A stretch of 64,000 bases of DNA. Origin: Bacillota bacterium (GTDB lineage Bacteria; Bacillota; Ch66; Ch109). This document shows, in pieces, positions 30,420 to 40,583 of the stretch (its first letter is position 1; every line of letters starts with the position of its first letter). A program made the translations under genes and the position numbers. Location of the stretch: positions 162,416-226,415 of the forward strand of contig JABLWZ010000002.1 in the NCBI GenBank assembly GCA_013178275.1, given 5' to 3'. A model generated the notes under the pieces. The model was given only the letters and a program-made list of their open reading frames with translations, was not told where the DNA came from and searched no databases.

Positions 30420-32748
30420 GACCCTGCAAAAAATCATGAAGCAGGACAAGGAAAGGTTTGTCGTCCCCAAGGGCGTGCAGCAGGCCATCCCCATCCGCGC
30501 CATCTGGCCGGAGGGGATTTTTCAGGTGGGGAACAAGTTTTCCCGGACCTTTCGCTTTGCGGACATCAATTACGCCGTGGCCTCCAAGGAGGATAAGGAA
30601 GCAATGTTTCTGTCCTATTCGGAGCTTTTGAATTCCTTTGACAGCGGCGCTACCACCAAAATCACCATCAACAACCGCCGCCTGAATAAGACGGACTTTG
30701 AAAGCTCCATTTTGATCCCCCTCCGGGAGGACCTCCTAGACGAGTACCGCCGGGAATACAACCGGATGCTGCTGGAGAAGGCCACCGGCGCGAACAGCAT
30801 CGTGCAGGATAAATACGTCACCGTGTCGGTAGCGAAAAAGAACATAGAGGAAGCGCGGAACTACTTTTCCCGCATCGGCACCGACCTCATCACCCACTTT
30901 TCCCACCTGGGTTCCAAATGCGTGGAGCTGGACGCCACTGACCGTCTGAGAATCCTGCACGACTTTTTCCGCTCCGGCGAGGAGACGTTTTTTCGTTTCG
31001 ACCTCTCCGAAACCATGCGCAAGGGGCATGATTTCAAGGACTACATCTGCCCCGACACCCTGGAGTTTGAGCGCGACCATTTCCGCATGGGCGACAGGTT
31101 CGGACGCGTCATCTTCCTGCGGGAATACGCCAGCTTCATCAAGGACAGCATGGTGGCCGAGCTGTGCGACTTAAACCGCAGCATGATGCTGTCTTTGGAC
31201 ATCATCCCCATCCCCACGGACGAGGCCGTGCGGGAGGTGGAGAACCGTCTTTTGGGCGTGGAAACCAATATCACCAACTGGCAGCGGCGGCAGAACCAGA
31301 ACAACAACTTTTCCGCCGTCGTGCCCTACGACATGGAGCAGCAGCGCCGGGAAAGCAAGGAGTTTCTGGATGACCTGACCACCCGCGACCAGCGCATGAT
31401 GTTCGCCGTTTTGACGATGGTTCATGTGGCGGACAGCAAGGAGCAGCTTGACAGCGACACGGAAACCCTGCTGACCACGGCCAGAAAGCACCTGTGCCAG
31501 TTCTCCCCCCTGACCTGGCAGCAGATGGACGGCCTGAACACGGCGCTGCCCTACGGCCTGCGCAAAATCCACGCCATCCGGACCCTGACCACCGAAAGCA
31601 CGGCGGTGTTCATTCCTTTCCGGGCGCAGGAGATTGCCCACAGCGGCGGCATTTACTACGGGCAGAACGTGATCTCTAAAAATATGATTATCGCCAACCG
31701 CAAGCTGCTCTTGAACGGAAACAGCTTCATTTTAGGCGTGTCCGGCTCCGGCAAATCCTTCACGGCCAAGCGGGAAATCGTCAACCAGATGCTGGCAGGT
31801 GACGACGACATCATCCTCATCGACCCGGAGCGCGAGTATTCGTCGCTGGTCAAGGCGCTGGGCGGTGAGATCGTCCATATTTCCGCCACCTCGAAAAACC
31901 ACATCAACGCGATGGATATGAACCGGGATTATGGCGATGGCGCAAACCCGGTCATCCTGAAATCCGAATTCGTCCTGTCCCTGTGCGAGCAGCTCATCGG
32001 CGGCCAGAACCTGGGCGCGAAGCAAAAATCCCTGATCGACCGCTGCACCGCCAATGTCTACCGAAAATACCTGCAAAGCAATTTCAAGGGGAAAACGCCA
32101 ACCTTGCAGGACTTCCACGGGGAGCTTTTAAAGCAGGCGGAGCCGGAGGCCCAGGAAATCGCCTTGGCGATAGAGCTTTTTACCTCCGGCAGCCTGAACA
32201 CCTTTGCCAAGCCCACCAACGTGGACGTGACCAGCCGCCTGATCTGCTACGACATTCTGGATTTGGGCAAGCAGTTGCTCCCCATCGGGATGCTTGTCGT
32301 GTTGGACAGCATCCTGAACCGCATCACCCAGAACCGGGCGAAGGGCAAAAATACCTTTATCATCATTGATGAAATCTACTTGCTCTTTCAGCATGAATAC
32401 AGCGCCAATTTCCTGTTCACCCTCTGGAAGCGCGTCAGGAAGTACGGCGCTTTTTGCACGGGGATCACCCAAAACGTGGACGATCTTTTGCAGAGCCATA
32501 CGGCCCGGACCATGCTGGCCAACAGCGAATTCATTGTCATGCTCAACCAGGCTTCCACGGACCGAATGGAGCTGGCCAAGCTCCTGAACATTTCCGATTT
32601 GCAATTAAGCTATATCACCAACGTGGACGCAGGCAACGGCCTCATCAAGGTGGGCAGTTCCCTGGTGCCCTTCACCGATCAATTCCCGCGCAACACCAAG
32701 CTCTACAACCTGATGACCACCAAGCCGGGCGAACAGGCCCAGGGCTGA
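30412..32748 (+). CDS. VirB4-like conjugative transfer ATPase
   Basis: Walker A GVSGSGKS, LIDPEREY, Walker B IIIDE, RVRKYG...TQN. Confidence 0.92.
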   Translation: MIKTLQKIMKQDKERFVVPKGVQQAIPIRAIWPEGIFQVGNKFSRTFRFADINYAVASKEDKEAMFLSYSELLNSFDSGATTKITINNRRLNKTDFESSILIPLREDLLDEYRREYNRMLLEKATGANSIVQDKYVTVSVAKKNIEEARNYFSRIGTDLITHFSHLGSKCVELDATDRLRILHDFFRSGEETFFRFDLSETMRKGHDFKDYICPDTLEFERDHFRMGDRFGRVIFLREYASFIKDSMVAELCDLNRSMMLSLDIIPIPTDEAVREVENRLLGVETNITNWQRRQNQNNNFSAVVPYDMEQQRRESKEFLDDLTTRDQRMMFAVLTMVHVADSKEQLDSDTETLLTTARKHLCQFSPLTWQQMDGLNTALPYGLRKIHAIRTLTTESTAVFIPFRAQEIAHSGGIYYGQNVISKNMIIANRKLLLNGNSFILGVSGSGKSFTAKREIVNQMLAGDDDIILIDPEREYSSLVKALGGEIVHISATSKNHINAMDMNRDYGDGANPVILKSEFVLSLCEQLIGGQNLGAKQKSLIDRCTANVYRKYLQSNFKGKTPTLQDFHGELLKQAEPEAQEIALAIELFTSGSLNTFAKPTNVDVTSRLICYDILDLGKQLLPIGMLVVLDSILNRITQNRAKGKNTFIIIDEIYLLFQHEYSANFLFTLWKRVRKYGAFCTGITQNVDDLLQSHTARTMLANSEFIVMLNQASTDRMELAKLLNISDLQLSYITNVDAGNGLIKVGSSLVPFTDQFPRNTKLYNLMTTKPGEQAQG

Positions 32749-32766
32749 ATTAAGCTGCTAAGTACC

Positions 32767-32798
32767 AACGGCTGGCCGTAATTTTCCGGCCAGCCGTT
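32767..32798 (+). terminator. Hairpin after virB4
   Basis: AACGGCTGGCCG-N8-CGGCCAGCCGTT, a perfect 12-bp stem. Confidence 0.55.
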
Positions 32799-32825
32799 CA
32801 TTTACTTTGAAGGGAGGAAAACAAA

Positions 32826-33233
32826 ATGGAAACCATCTTGTTTGCAGACAGGGAACACAAGGCTTTTTATAATCAAATGTTGACCAAAACCCGCAATAAC
32901 GACGTCTATCACCGAGCGTTTTTTTACGCAATGGGCATCTGCCCGGAAACGAGGCGCAATATCCATGCCCTCTTTGACTTCAAGGAGGGCGGCATCAGGC
33001 CGGAGGGCCTTGCGGCCCCGTGGCAGACGGGCGGAACCCGCCGTTTGTGCCGTCTGGCCTTCAACCTGTGGAACGGCTGGACGGAGGAAGGAAAAGAAAA
33101 TCGTTCCACACCCTACGAATTGTTTGACTGCGGCTTTGCCCCCTACTTTTTTGAAGCCATCCGGCTGTGTTATCCCGAATATTGCCGGAGTTTGGAACGC
33201 ACCGCGCCCCATATTTTTACAAAGGCGAGGTAG
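32826..33233 (+). CDS. ICE-associated conserved protein (DUF6075-like)
   Basis: F...EHKAFY, DVYHRAFFY.MGI, WQTGGT..LCRLAFNLWNG. Confidence 0.65.
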   Translation: METILFADREHKAFYNQMLTKTRNNDVYHRAFFYAMGICPETRRNIHALFDFKEGGIRPEGLAAPWQTGGTRRLCRLAFNLWNGWTEEGKENRSTPYELFDCGFAPYFFEAIRLCYPEYCRSLERTAPHIFTKAR

Positions 33234-33257
33234 CAGTCAGTAAACCCTGGAAGGAGG

Positions 33258-35264
33258 TTGGGCGCGTTGAAAGACATCAAAACCAAAGCCACTGTCAAGG
33301 ACATTAAGGCGCTGGACAAAAGCCTCGATGTGACCCGCAGGGCAAAAAACGCCTTTATCCGCACCAAGGAGCGGGCCGAGCAGACGCAGCGGCCGGAACA
33401 CGACAGCTATGTGGAGTATGCCGGGGATAAGGTAAAGGAAAGCGTGGAAACGCTCGGCAATGAGGCTGTTCACACGATGGGGCGTCAGGGGAAAAAGGCG
33501 GTTCAAAAAATCAAGGAACGCCGCAATTTCCCTTTGGACAGCCATCATGCCGATGCTGCCGACGGCCATGCGGCGGAGCAGACCTCCCCTTCCGAAACCG
33601 GGCGTCCCCCAACGCGCCGGAGCGCCGCTTCCCCTCAAGGAAAGCAAACTGCCCCGCCCAAGGCCGGGAAAGCACCAAAACAGTACCCTGTGCCCGGGCA
33701 GGTAAAGCAATCGGCCCGGCGAAAAGCTGTCCCATTCAAAACGAAGGAAAGAGGTAAACGAAAATATACCCTTGCCAAGCCCAACGAATTGGCAAAGCGG
33801 CGGTTTGTTCAAGGCCGGGCAAAGGCGCGGTTTTCCCTAAACAGAGAAATTCAGGCGGCGGAAACCAAAACCGCACAGGCCACCCCAAATCCCGTGTTCA
33901 GATCAAGCAAAGAACCGACATGGCATACCGCCCAAACCGGCATCGGCGGCATTGGCCGCACCGTCCGGCAATCCGCCCGGTCCGGTAGGAAAGCGGTAAA
34001 GGAAACTGCCAGGGGCACGATTAAAACGGCGCAAAAATCGGTTAAGACCGCCGGGCAAACCGCAAAGGCCGGTGCAAAAACCTCTCAGACGGCGGCGAAT
34101 ACCGCCGCCAAAACCGCGCAGGCCACCGCAAAAGCGGCACAACGGACGGCGCAGGCGGCAAGGGCAACCGCCAAATTCACTATTCATATGGTGAAGCTGA
34201 CGGTCAAAGCCGCCGCCGCGCTGACCAAGGGACTGATCGCCCTTGTGGGCACAGGCGGGGCCGTCCTTGCCTTGTTTCTGATTATTATCGCCGTGGCTGC
34301 CCTGTTAGCGTCTCCCTTTGGCATTCTCTTTTCCGACGAGAACAAGGATACGGAGGTAACGCCCATTTCCGTGGTGATACAGGAAGTGAACGAGGAATAC
34401 AACCAGCGGATAGAGGAAATCAAGAACGACAACACCTGGGACACGCTGGATGTTCGGTACATCGGCACCGGAGGCAGCCGGGGCAATATCTGGATAGACA
34501 TTCTGTGCGTATTTGCCGTTAAAACCGCCCTGACCGACGACGGCATGGATGTCGTCACCATCGACCAGACCCGTGTGGACCTTATCCGGGAAGTGTTTTG
34601 GGATGTGACGGAAATCAACCACTGGATAGAAACCGTGAAGCATACCGACAGCGACGGGGGAACGTGGTACGAGCGCATTCTGCATATCGTCATTACCCAG
34701 CGCAGCGCATGGGAGCAGGCGGAAATCTATCGCTTTAACGACGACCAGAGGGAAGTGCTGGATGAGCTTCTGAGCGGCGAATACGACCAGTATTTTATAG
34801 CCCTGATCACGGGTTTGAGACACCTGGGGGACGGAACGGAGGTTATTGCAGAGGGCGTTTATATCTGGCCCAGCGCCGCCAGCGACTATGTAACTTCCTT
34901 TTTTGGCACCAGGCTGCACCCCATCCTGGGCGTCTACAAAACCCACAGCGGCATTGACATCGGGGCGGGATACGGAACGGCGATCCTGGCTGCCGCAGAC
35001 GGCGCGGTCACAACCGCAGCTTACGACGCGGGCGGCTACGGGAACTATATCATTATCGACCACGGCAACGGCAACATGACCCTTTACGCCCACATGAGCC
35101 AAATGAGCGCCGGTGTCGGGCAGACGGTGAAGCAGGGCCAGACCATTGGTTTCCTAGGCAGCACGGGCATGTCCACAGGCCCGCATCTGCACTTTGAGGT
35201 TTATGTCGGCGGCACCAGGGTTGATCCCCTGCTGTACTTTTCCAATTATACGGCGGCATGGTAA
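33258..35264 (+). CDS. Conjugation-associated cell-wall hydrolase with C-terminal M23 peptidase
   Basis: Basic Ala/Lys/Thr-rich N-region, TM segment SPFGILFS, and M23 motifs HSGIDI, YAHM, STGPHLHFEV. Confidence 0.85.
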   Translation: MGALKDIKTKATVKDIKALDKSLDVTRRAKNAFIRTKERAEQTQRPEHDSYVEYAGDKVKESVETLGNEAVHTMGRQGKKAVQKIKERRNFPLDSHHADAADGHAAEQTSPSETGRPPTRRSAASPQGKQTAPPKAGKAPKQYPVPGQVKQSARRKAVPFKTKERGKRKYTLAKPNELAKRRFVQGRAKARFSLNREIQAAETKTAQATPNPVFRSSKEPTWHTAQTGIGGIGRTVRQSARSGRKAVKETARGTIKTAQKSVKTAGQTAKAGAKTSQTAANTAAKTAQATAKAAQRTAQAARATAKFTIHMVKLTVKAAAALTKGLIALVGTGGAVLALFLIIIAVAALLASPFGILFSDENKDTEVTPISVVIQEVNEEYNQRIEEIKNDNTWDTLDVRYIGTGGSRGNIWIDILCVFAVKTALTDDGMDVVTIDQTRVDLIREVFWDVTEINHWIETVKHTDSDGGTWYERILHIVITQRSAWEQAEIYRFNDDQREVLDELLSGEYDQYFIALITGLRHLGDGTEVIAEGVYIWPSAASDYVTSFFGTRLHPILGVYKTHSGIDIGAGYGTAILAAADGAVTTAAYDAGGYGNYIIIDHGNGNMTLYAHMSQMSAGVGQTVKQGQTIGFLGSTGMSTGPHLHFEVYVGGTRVDPLLYFSNYTAAW

Positions 35265-35274
35265 GTGTTCGCTG

Positions 35275-35403
35275 ATTAAATATGTTGGTATTTATGCTGG
35301 AGATGGCAAGGTGGAAGCTTCATCCTCCCGTAGGCAGGTGGTTTACCGACCTATTTGACGGGGATAAGCAGATTATCTATGGTAGGCCGCATATAGCTCC
35401 TTA
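35275..35403 (+). pseudogene. NlpC/P60 (C40) hydrolase C-terminal remnant
   Basis: Translates IKYVGIYAGDGKVEASSSRRQVVYR / DLFDGDKQIIYGRP across a frameshift. Confidence 0.6.
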
Positions 35404-35503
35404 AATCTACTCTGGCTTATCGAACCTTAAATCAGTTGTTTAATTTTCATTAAAAAAGAGGTACGTTTCCTCCCTGTACAGCTATTTATCAATGCCGGGT
35501 TAC

Positions 35504-35554
35504 TTGACATTGTTAAAATAATTATGATAGAATTAGGACGTACGTACGACTAAT
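35504..35554 (+). promoter_or_regulatory. Sigma-A promoter with an adjacent imperfect palindrome (probable TetR operator)
   Basis: TTGACA-N18-TAGAAT with a TG extension, followed by TTAGGACGTACGTACGACTAA. Confidence 0.55.
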
Positions 35555-35570
35555 ATTTTGGAGGTGCCAC

Positions 35571-36152
35571 ATGCAACAAAAGACTGATAAAACAAACCCA
35601 TCTGAGAAAATTCTTATAACGGCCTTTGAATGTCTTTCTACAAGAGGTTATGCCAATGTATCCATGCGAAATATTGCCGAGGAAGCCGGAGTCGCGTTAA
35701 GTCAACTGACATACTACTATAAGAATAAAGAAAAATTATTCATTGAAGTTATCAATATGATGACACTCCAATATTTACATGAAATAGAAGGAAATTTAGA
35801 ATCTGTCACGGGTGAGAAAGAAAAGCTCGCGTCCCTCGTGAGGTTCTTTAAGGAACTGATCAGGGATAAACCAAAACTTTTGAAACTTTTTATTGATTTT
35901 ATAGCACAGGCTTTATGGATTCCGTCTTTTAGAGAACAACTGGACAGCTTATTTACTGAGCTGACGGAGGTTGTTGAAAGAAACCTATTGACCTACACGA
36001 AAATCAATAAAAGATATCTTGGATATTCTCCCCAAACGGTAGCTAAATTAGTTCTTGGAGCTTTGCTCGGAACATCTATTCAAATAATACTCGGTTCCGA
36101 CCGGGACAGCGCCTTTGAATCCTTAAATTTGGCAGAGAGCCTATTAAATTAA
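35571..36152 (+). CDS. TetR/AcrR-family regulator
   Basis: GYANVSMRNIAEEAGVALSQLTYYYKNKE HTH. Confidence 0.9.
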   Translation: MQQKTDKTNPSEKILITAFECLSTRGYANVSMRNIAEEAGVALSQLTYYYKNKEKLFIEVINMMTLQYLHEIEGNLESVTGEKEKLASLVRFFKELIRDKPKLLKLFIDFIAQALWIPSFREQLDSLFTELTEVVERNLLTYTKINKRYLGYSPQTVAKLVLGALLGTSIQIILGSDRDSAFESLNLAESLLN

Positions 36153-36167
36153 GAGGGAGTGTATATT

Positions 36168-36506
36168 ATGTCAAACGCATTTGAAAAGACAATTAATTTA
36201 GGATTAGGGCTTTTATTGTATTCACGGGAAAAAGTGGAGGAAGTGGTTGAGGAACTGGTCGGCAGAGGCGAGGTGGCCAAAAAAGACGCCCGGCAGTTTG
36301 CGAGCGAGCTTATGCAAAGAGGCGAAGAACAGAGAGAAGAACTGAAAAAGCTGATTCAGGGTGAGGTCACCAAGGCTCTGGATCATGTAAATGTGGCGAG
36401 AAAAGAAGACCTTGTTACAAAAGATGAAATCAGAGAAATTGTCAGAGAACAAATGCTGCAAGTACTCCGGGAACAAGGATTTTTCAAAAGCGAGGGCACC
36501 AAGTAA
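36168..36506 (+). CDS. Phasin-like / PHA-granule-associated family protein
   Basis: LGLGLLLYSREKVEEVVEELVGRGEV amphipathic helices; sits directly upstream of an ABC1 kinase. Confidence 0.65.
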   Translation: MSNAFEKTINLGLGLLLYSREKVEEVVEELVGRGEVAKKDARQFASELMQRGEEQREELKKLIQGEVTKALDHVNVARKEDLVTKDEIREIVREQMLQVLREQGFFKSEGTK

Positions 36507-36585
36507 AGGGGATAAATGTTCAGAATGCCGGAAAAGTAGCAGGCTCAGGAAAGAGGGCAAATCAATCTAAATATGCTTTTGCTAT

Positions 36586-38343
36586 GTGATGAACGATAGA
36601 AGTGCCTCCTTTCCCCTCTGCTTAAATATTGCGGAATCGCGGGATAGAGTTGATATGATGAATTACAGGCGCATTTGTGCCAGAAGATATAAAGAAATCA
36701 TTGCTGTTTTTACAAAACATGGTTTTGGATTGCTTGTAAAGCGACTTAGGCTTCCTTATTCTTTAAGGTCCAAAAATAGAATTTTAGACGTCGGAACTGC
36801 ACCTGACACGGCCGGAGCTTCAGTAGGAAAAAGGCTGAAGATGGCCTTGGAAGAATTGGGTCCGACGTTTGTTAAACTGGGACAAATTTTAAGCATACGA
36901 CGGGATATTTTACCGGCTGATATTATTGAAGAGCTTAAAAAGCTGCAAGACTCGGTGCAGCCGTTTCCTTTTTCTGGGGTAAAGACGCTCATTGAAACGG
37001 AGTTTAATGACACGCTGGGAAATATCTTTAAAGAATTTGATGAGGTGCCTGTAGCCGCAGCATCCATATCCCAAGTCCATCGCGCCAGACTGATTTCGGG
37101 AAAGCAGGTGGCCGTAAAGGTTCAGAGGCCGGAAATAGAAAGACTCATAGATTTGGACTTAAACATTTTAAAAGATATGGCGCATCTTCTCGACCATCAC
37201 ACAAAATATGGGGAGATTTATGATTTTAGCGGTATGGTGGCGGATTTTGAAAACACGCTTAAAAATGAACTGGATTTTACCAAAGAAGGTGAAAATGCGG
37301 ATACCTTCAGGCTTAATCTCAGCCGGGACGAAGGCGTAACAGTCCCAAAAGTGAAGTGGATATATACGACAAAGCGGGTTCTCACCATGGAGTATTTTGA
37401 AGGCATCAAGATCAGCGATTCAGCAGCCTTGGATCTGGCCGGCATTAACCGGAGAAAGATCGCCGAGAAGCTTGCCGCCTCCATATGCAATCAAATACTC
37501 AGAGATGGTTTTTTTCATGCGGACCCGCATCCGGGCAATATTCAGATCATGCCGGACGGCACCATCATATTTCTTGATTTGGGGATGGTAGGTTGCCTCA
37601 ACGAATCCCGGAAAAGAGCGATTTCAAATTTTTTTGTCGGGGTTGCCTTCAAAGACAGTCGAATGGTGGTCAACTCTATTTTTGCTATGGAGGCCGCAAC
37701 TGCTCGAAGCAATGTGAAGAGCTTTGAAAAAGACGTTGATGCGCTGATCGAAAAGTACCTTACGATGCCTATGAAAGAGATGAAAATTGATAAGCTGCTC
37801 CAGGAAATCTTTCATATTGCGTTTTTGAACCATGTAAAAACACCCCGTGAATTTGCTTTGCTTTCCAAAACTTTGACAACTCTTCAAGGACTGTTGGAAA
37901 AACTGGCCCCGGATCTTAACGCCCTTGTTATTGCGGAACCTATCGCTAAAAAGCTGCGTTATCAGTTACTTTCATTCGAGAAAATGGGAAGCGGAATAAA
38001 AAAGAGCTTATTAGATTACTGGAATCTGTTGAGTGAATTCCCGACCGCAATGCAAAACCTTCTGCATAAAGCGGCAGATGCAGACTTTGCCGTTCAATTT
38101 GAGATGAAAGAGATGGATAAACTTCAAAGGCGATTGGAACGAATTTTCAACAGAATATCCTTCAGCCTGATTTTGCTTGCCGTAAGCATTATCATCGCCG
38201 GAGTCCTGATAAGCTCCGGTCTTAACGCAGATACAAGCAGCGAAATGTATCTTTTTAATATTGCAGTATTAAAAACTGGTTTAGCATCGGCTGCTATTAT
38301 TGTTTTGGGACTGGTGATTTCAATGATCAGGTCAAGGCACTGA
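36586..38343 (+). CDS. AarF/ABC1/UbiB-family atypical kinase
   Basis: EELGPTFVKLGQ, AAASISQVH, VAVKVQRP, FFHADPHPGN, DLGMVG, C-terminal TMs. Start codon uncertain (possibly 36655). Confidence 0.9.
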   Translation: MMNDRSASFPLCLNIAESRDRVDMMNYRRICARRYKEIIAVFTKHGFGLLVKRLRLPYSLRSKNRILDVGTAPDTAGASVGKRLKMALEELGPTFVKLGQILSIRRDILPADIIEELKKLQDSVQPFPFSGVKTLIETEFNDTLGNIFKEFDEVPVAAASISQVHRARLISGKQVAVKVQRPEIERLIDLDLNILKDMAHLLDHHTKYGEIYDFSGMVADFENTLKNELDFTKEGENADTFRLNLSRDEGVTVPKVKWIYTTKRVLTMEYFEGIKISDSAALDLAGINRRKIAEKLAASICNQILRDGFFHADPHPGNIQIMPDGTIIFLDLGMVGCLNESRKRAISNFFVGVAFKDSRMVVNSIFAMEAATARSNVKSFEKDVDALIEKYLTMPMKEMKIDKLLQEIFHIAFLNHVKTPREFALLSKTLTTLQGLLEKLAPDLNALVIAEPIAKKLRYQLLSFEKMGSGIKKSLLDYWNLLSEFPTAMQNLLHKAADADFAVQFEMKEMDKLQRRLERIFNRISFSLILLAVSIIIAGVLISSGLNADTSSEMYLFNIAVLKTGLASAAIIVLGLVISMIRSRH

Positions 38344-38372
38344 AAAATAACACGCAAAAGGAGCAATGACAG

Positions 38373-38894
38373 ATGGTCGGTTGGATCATTTCAAAATTAA
38401 GACTGGAACCGGATTCCTTCGCTGATATGGAATACTTGGACTGTATACGCGAGCTGATTGACCATGAAATGGTCAGGTCTATGAAAAATTATATACAACA
38501 CAGCGACATCGATTGTTTAGAGCATAGCCTTTATGTGTCGTACAGCAGCTATCTTGTTTGCAGGCGGATGGGGCTTGACTATCGTTCGGCGGCCAGAGGA
38601 GGATTGCTACACGATTTTTTTCTGTACGACTGGCATATTGAAAAGCCATATAGAGGGCTACATGGCTTTGCCCATCCCCGCATTGCGCTGCGGAATGCGA
38701 ATCAGTATTTTCATTTGAACGAACTGGAACAGGATATTATCAGTAGGCATATGTGGCCTTTGACCATCACGCCGCCGAAATATAAGGAAGCATACATTGT
38801 GGCCGCGATAGATAAATATTGTGCATTTATGGAAATTTTCAATTTTGGAGAAAGAAAAAATGTGCTTAGGTTGCAAAGCCTATTGTGCTGTTAA
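38373..38894 (+). CDS. HD-domain phosphohydrolase
   Basis: QH..IDCLEHS, GGLLHDFFLYDW, HGFAHP, HMWPLT, DKYCA. Confidence 0.85.
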   Translation: MVGWIISKLRLEPDSFADMEYLDCIRELIDHEMVRSMKNYIQHSDIDCLEHSLYVSYSSYLVCRRMGLDYRSAARGGLLHDFFLYDWHIEKPYRGLHGFAHPRIALRNANQYFHLNELEQDIISRHMWPLTITPPKYKEAYIVAAIDKYCAFMEIFNFGERKNVLRLQSLLCC

Positions 38895-38923
38895 TGCACC
38901 TTTCTGAGAAAGGATCAAAAAGT

Positions 38924-39847
38924 ATGTTAGATTTTATAGCAATCCCGATGGGAGCCATCTTGAAATATATATATGATAACATTGCGTTTCAGAATTATGG
39001 AATCGCAATCATACTTTTTACGGTAGGAATAAAATCACTTATGCTTCCCCTGACCATAAAGCAGGTTCAATCGACCTCAAAAATTGGTCAGCTTCAGCCA
39101 CAGATGCAGGAAATTCAAAAGAAATATAAAGACGACAAGGAAAAGCAGAGTACGGAGCTGATGAAACTCTATCAGGAAAATAAGGTGAATCCGACCGGAG
39201 GCTGCCTTCCCCTGCTGATACAGATACCGATTTTGTTTTCTTTATATTACGTTATTTCCCAGCCTTTGAAATACATGGCTGGGAAATCTCCTGAAATCAT
39301 AGCGCGGCTCTATGAACTGATACCGCAGGGTGCCGAAAAGATTGAGAATATGAAAGATCTGAGCATTATTGCTTATTTTAGTGACCACTCAGAACAGCTT
39401 CAGGCGGTATCTCATTTGCTGAAACCGGAAGATTTACTCAATATGAATTTTTTAGGGATCAATCTTGGAGCAGTGCCCGCCTGGAATCCCGGCAATTATA
39501 TCAACAGCGGTACAAGCATACATAGCTACCTTCTGCTGTCGATTCCGTTGCTGTCGGCCCTCACATCCTATATTTCAGTAAAATATTCCATGAAGGATAC
39601 GCCGAAAGCAAACGTAGATCGGATGCAGGCGTCCATACAAAATAACTTAGCCTTAATTTCACCCATCATGAGTGGAGTGATTGCTTTTACAGTTCCTGCC
39701 GGGTTGGGCCTGTATTGGATCATCGGGAATATTTATCAAATCGTGCAACAGATGTTTATAAACATCTTTGTTTTAAAAAAGCGTAGTGACAGGAAAAAGC
39801 AAACCGAAAACGGCAATAGTGAATTACGTCAGACGGATACACCATAA
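38924..39847 (+). CDS. yidC: YidC/Oxa1-family membrane insertase
   Basis: NYGIAIILFT, LQPQMQEIQKKY, NPTGGCLPLLIQIPIL, PAGLGLYW. Confidence 0.9.
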   Translation: MLDFIAIPMGAILKYIYDNIAFQNYGIAIILFTVGIKSLMLPLTIKQVQSTSKIGQLQPQMQEIQKKYKDDKEKQSTELMKLYQENKVNPTGGCLPLLIQIPILFSLYYVISQPLKYMAGKSPEIIARLYELIPQGAEKIENMKDLSIIAYFSDHSEQLQAVSHLLKPEDLLNMNFLGINLGAVPAWNPGNYINSGTSIHSYLLLSIPLLSALTSYISVKYSMKDTPKANVDRMQASIQNNLALISPIMSGVIAFTVPAGLGLYWIIGNIYQIVQQMFINIFVLKKRSDRKKQTENGNSELRQTDTP

Positions 39848-39887
39848 GATGGATTCTCGGATTACTTTGGGAGGGGGCTCGGCTTAA

Positions 39888-40478
39888 ATGCCTGATTCGA
39901 ATATAACGAAACTGGCCCTTGCCAATTCATTGAAAGGGCTAATGGCAAAGACCGCTTTTAATAAGATTTGCGTCAGCGATATTGTGGATAACTGCGGACT
40001 AACAAGGCAAGCATTTTATTATCATTTCAAAGATAAGTATGATCTTATGAATTGGATTTATTATACAGAGACCGCCTGTTTTATGAATTCCTATAACAAA
40101 GTGGAGCATTGGATGGATGGTCTGACAGATTTGTGTAACTATATGCGGCAAAATAAGACGTTTTATATCAACGCTCTTAACACAACCGGGCAAAATTCTT
40201 TTCAGGAATATCTGCATGATTACATCCGCGATATTTCGATATCTGTAATAGAGAGCATCAAAAACACAGAATTTGAAGAAGAAAAATGGGGATTTATTGT
40301 CGAATTTATTTCCACTGCTTTTGTCGGTCTGATTGTGCGGTGGGCCGACAATGGCATGAAAGATGATCCGGCAGAGTATGTAATGAAAATGCGCAGCTTA
40401 TTTGACGGAAGCATTCTTTGTGAACTGGAAAGCCAAAGCGAAGGGATCGCCACGGAAAATTCGACCAAACCGGAATGA
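39888..40478 (+). CDS. TetR-family regulator (DhaS/TetR_C_8-like)
   Basis: TKLALANSLKGLM, CGLTRQAFYYHFKDKYDLMNWIY. Confidence 0.85.
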   Translation: MPDSNITKLALANSLKGLMAKTAFNKICVSDIVDNCGLTRQAFYYHFKDKYDLMNWIYYTETACFMNSYNKVEHWMDGLTDLCNYMRQNKTFYINALNTTGQNSFQEYLHDYIRDISISVIESIKNTEFEEEKWGFIVEFISTAFVGLIVRWADNGMKDDPAEYVMKMRSLFDGSILCELESQSEGIATENSTKPE

Positions 40479-40583
40479 TTATATGGCAGCCCATTATTTT
40501 TTATTTATCAGTAGTCAGATTTTAGCAATGTGAAAGCTGCGCTGCCTGTAAAGCATTCCCAAACTGAAATTGGAGCAGGTAGT

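Noticed and set aside
33990-34230. Repetitive AKTAQAT/AKAAQ coding stretch
   Set aside because: Low-complexity region usual for this ICE hydrolase family; not a separate element.
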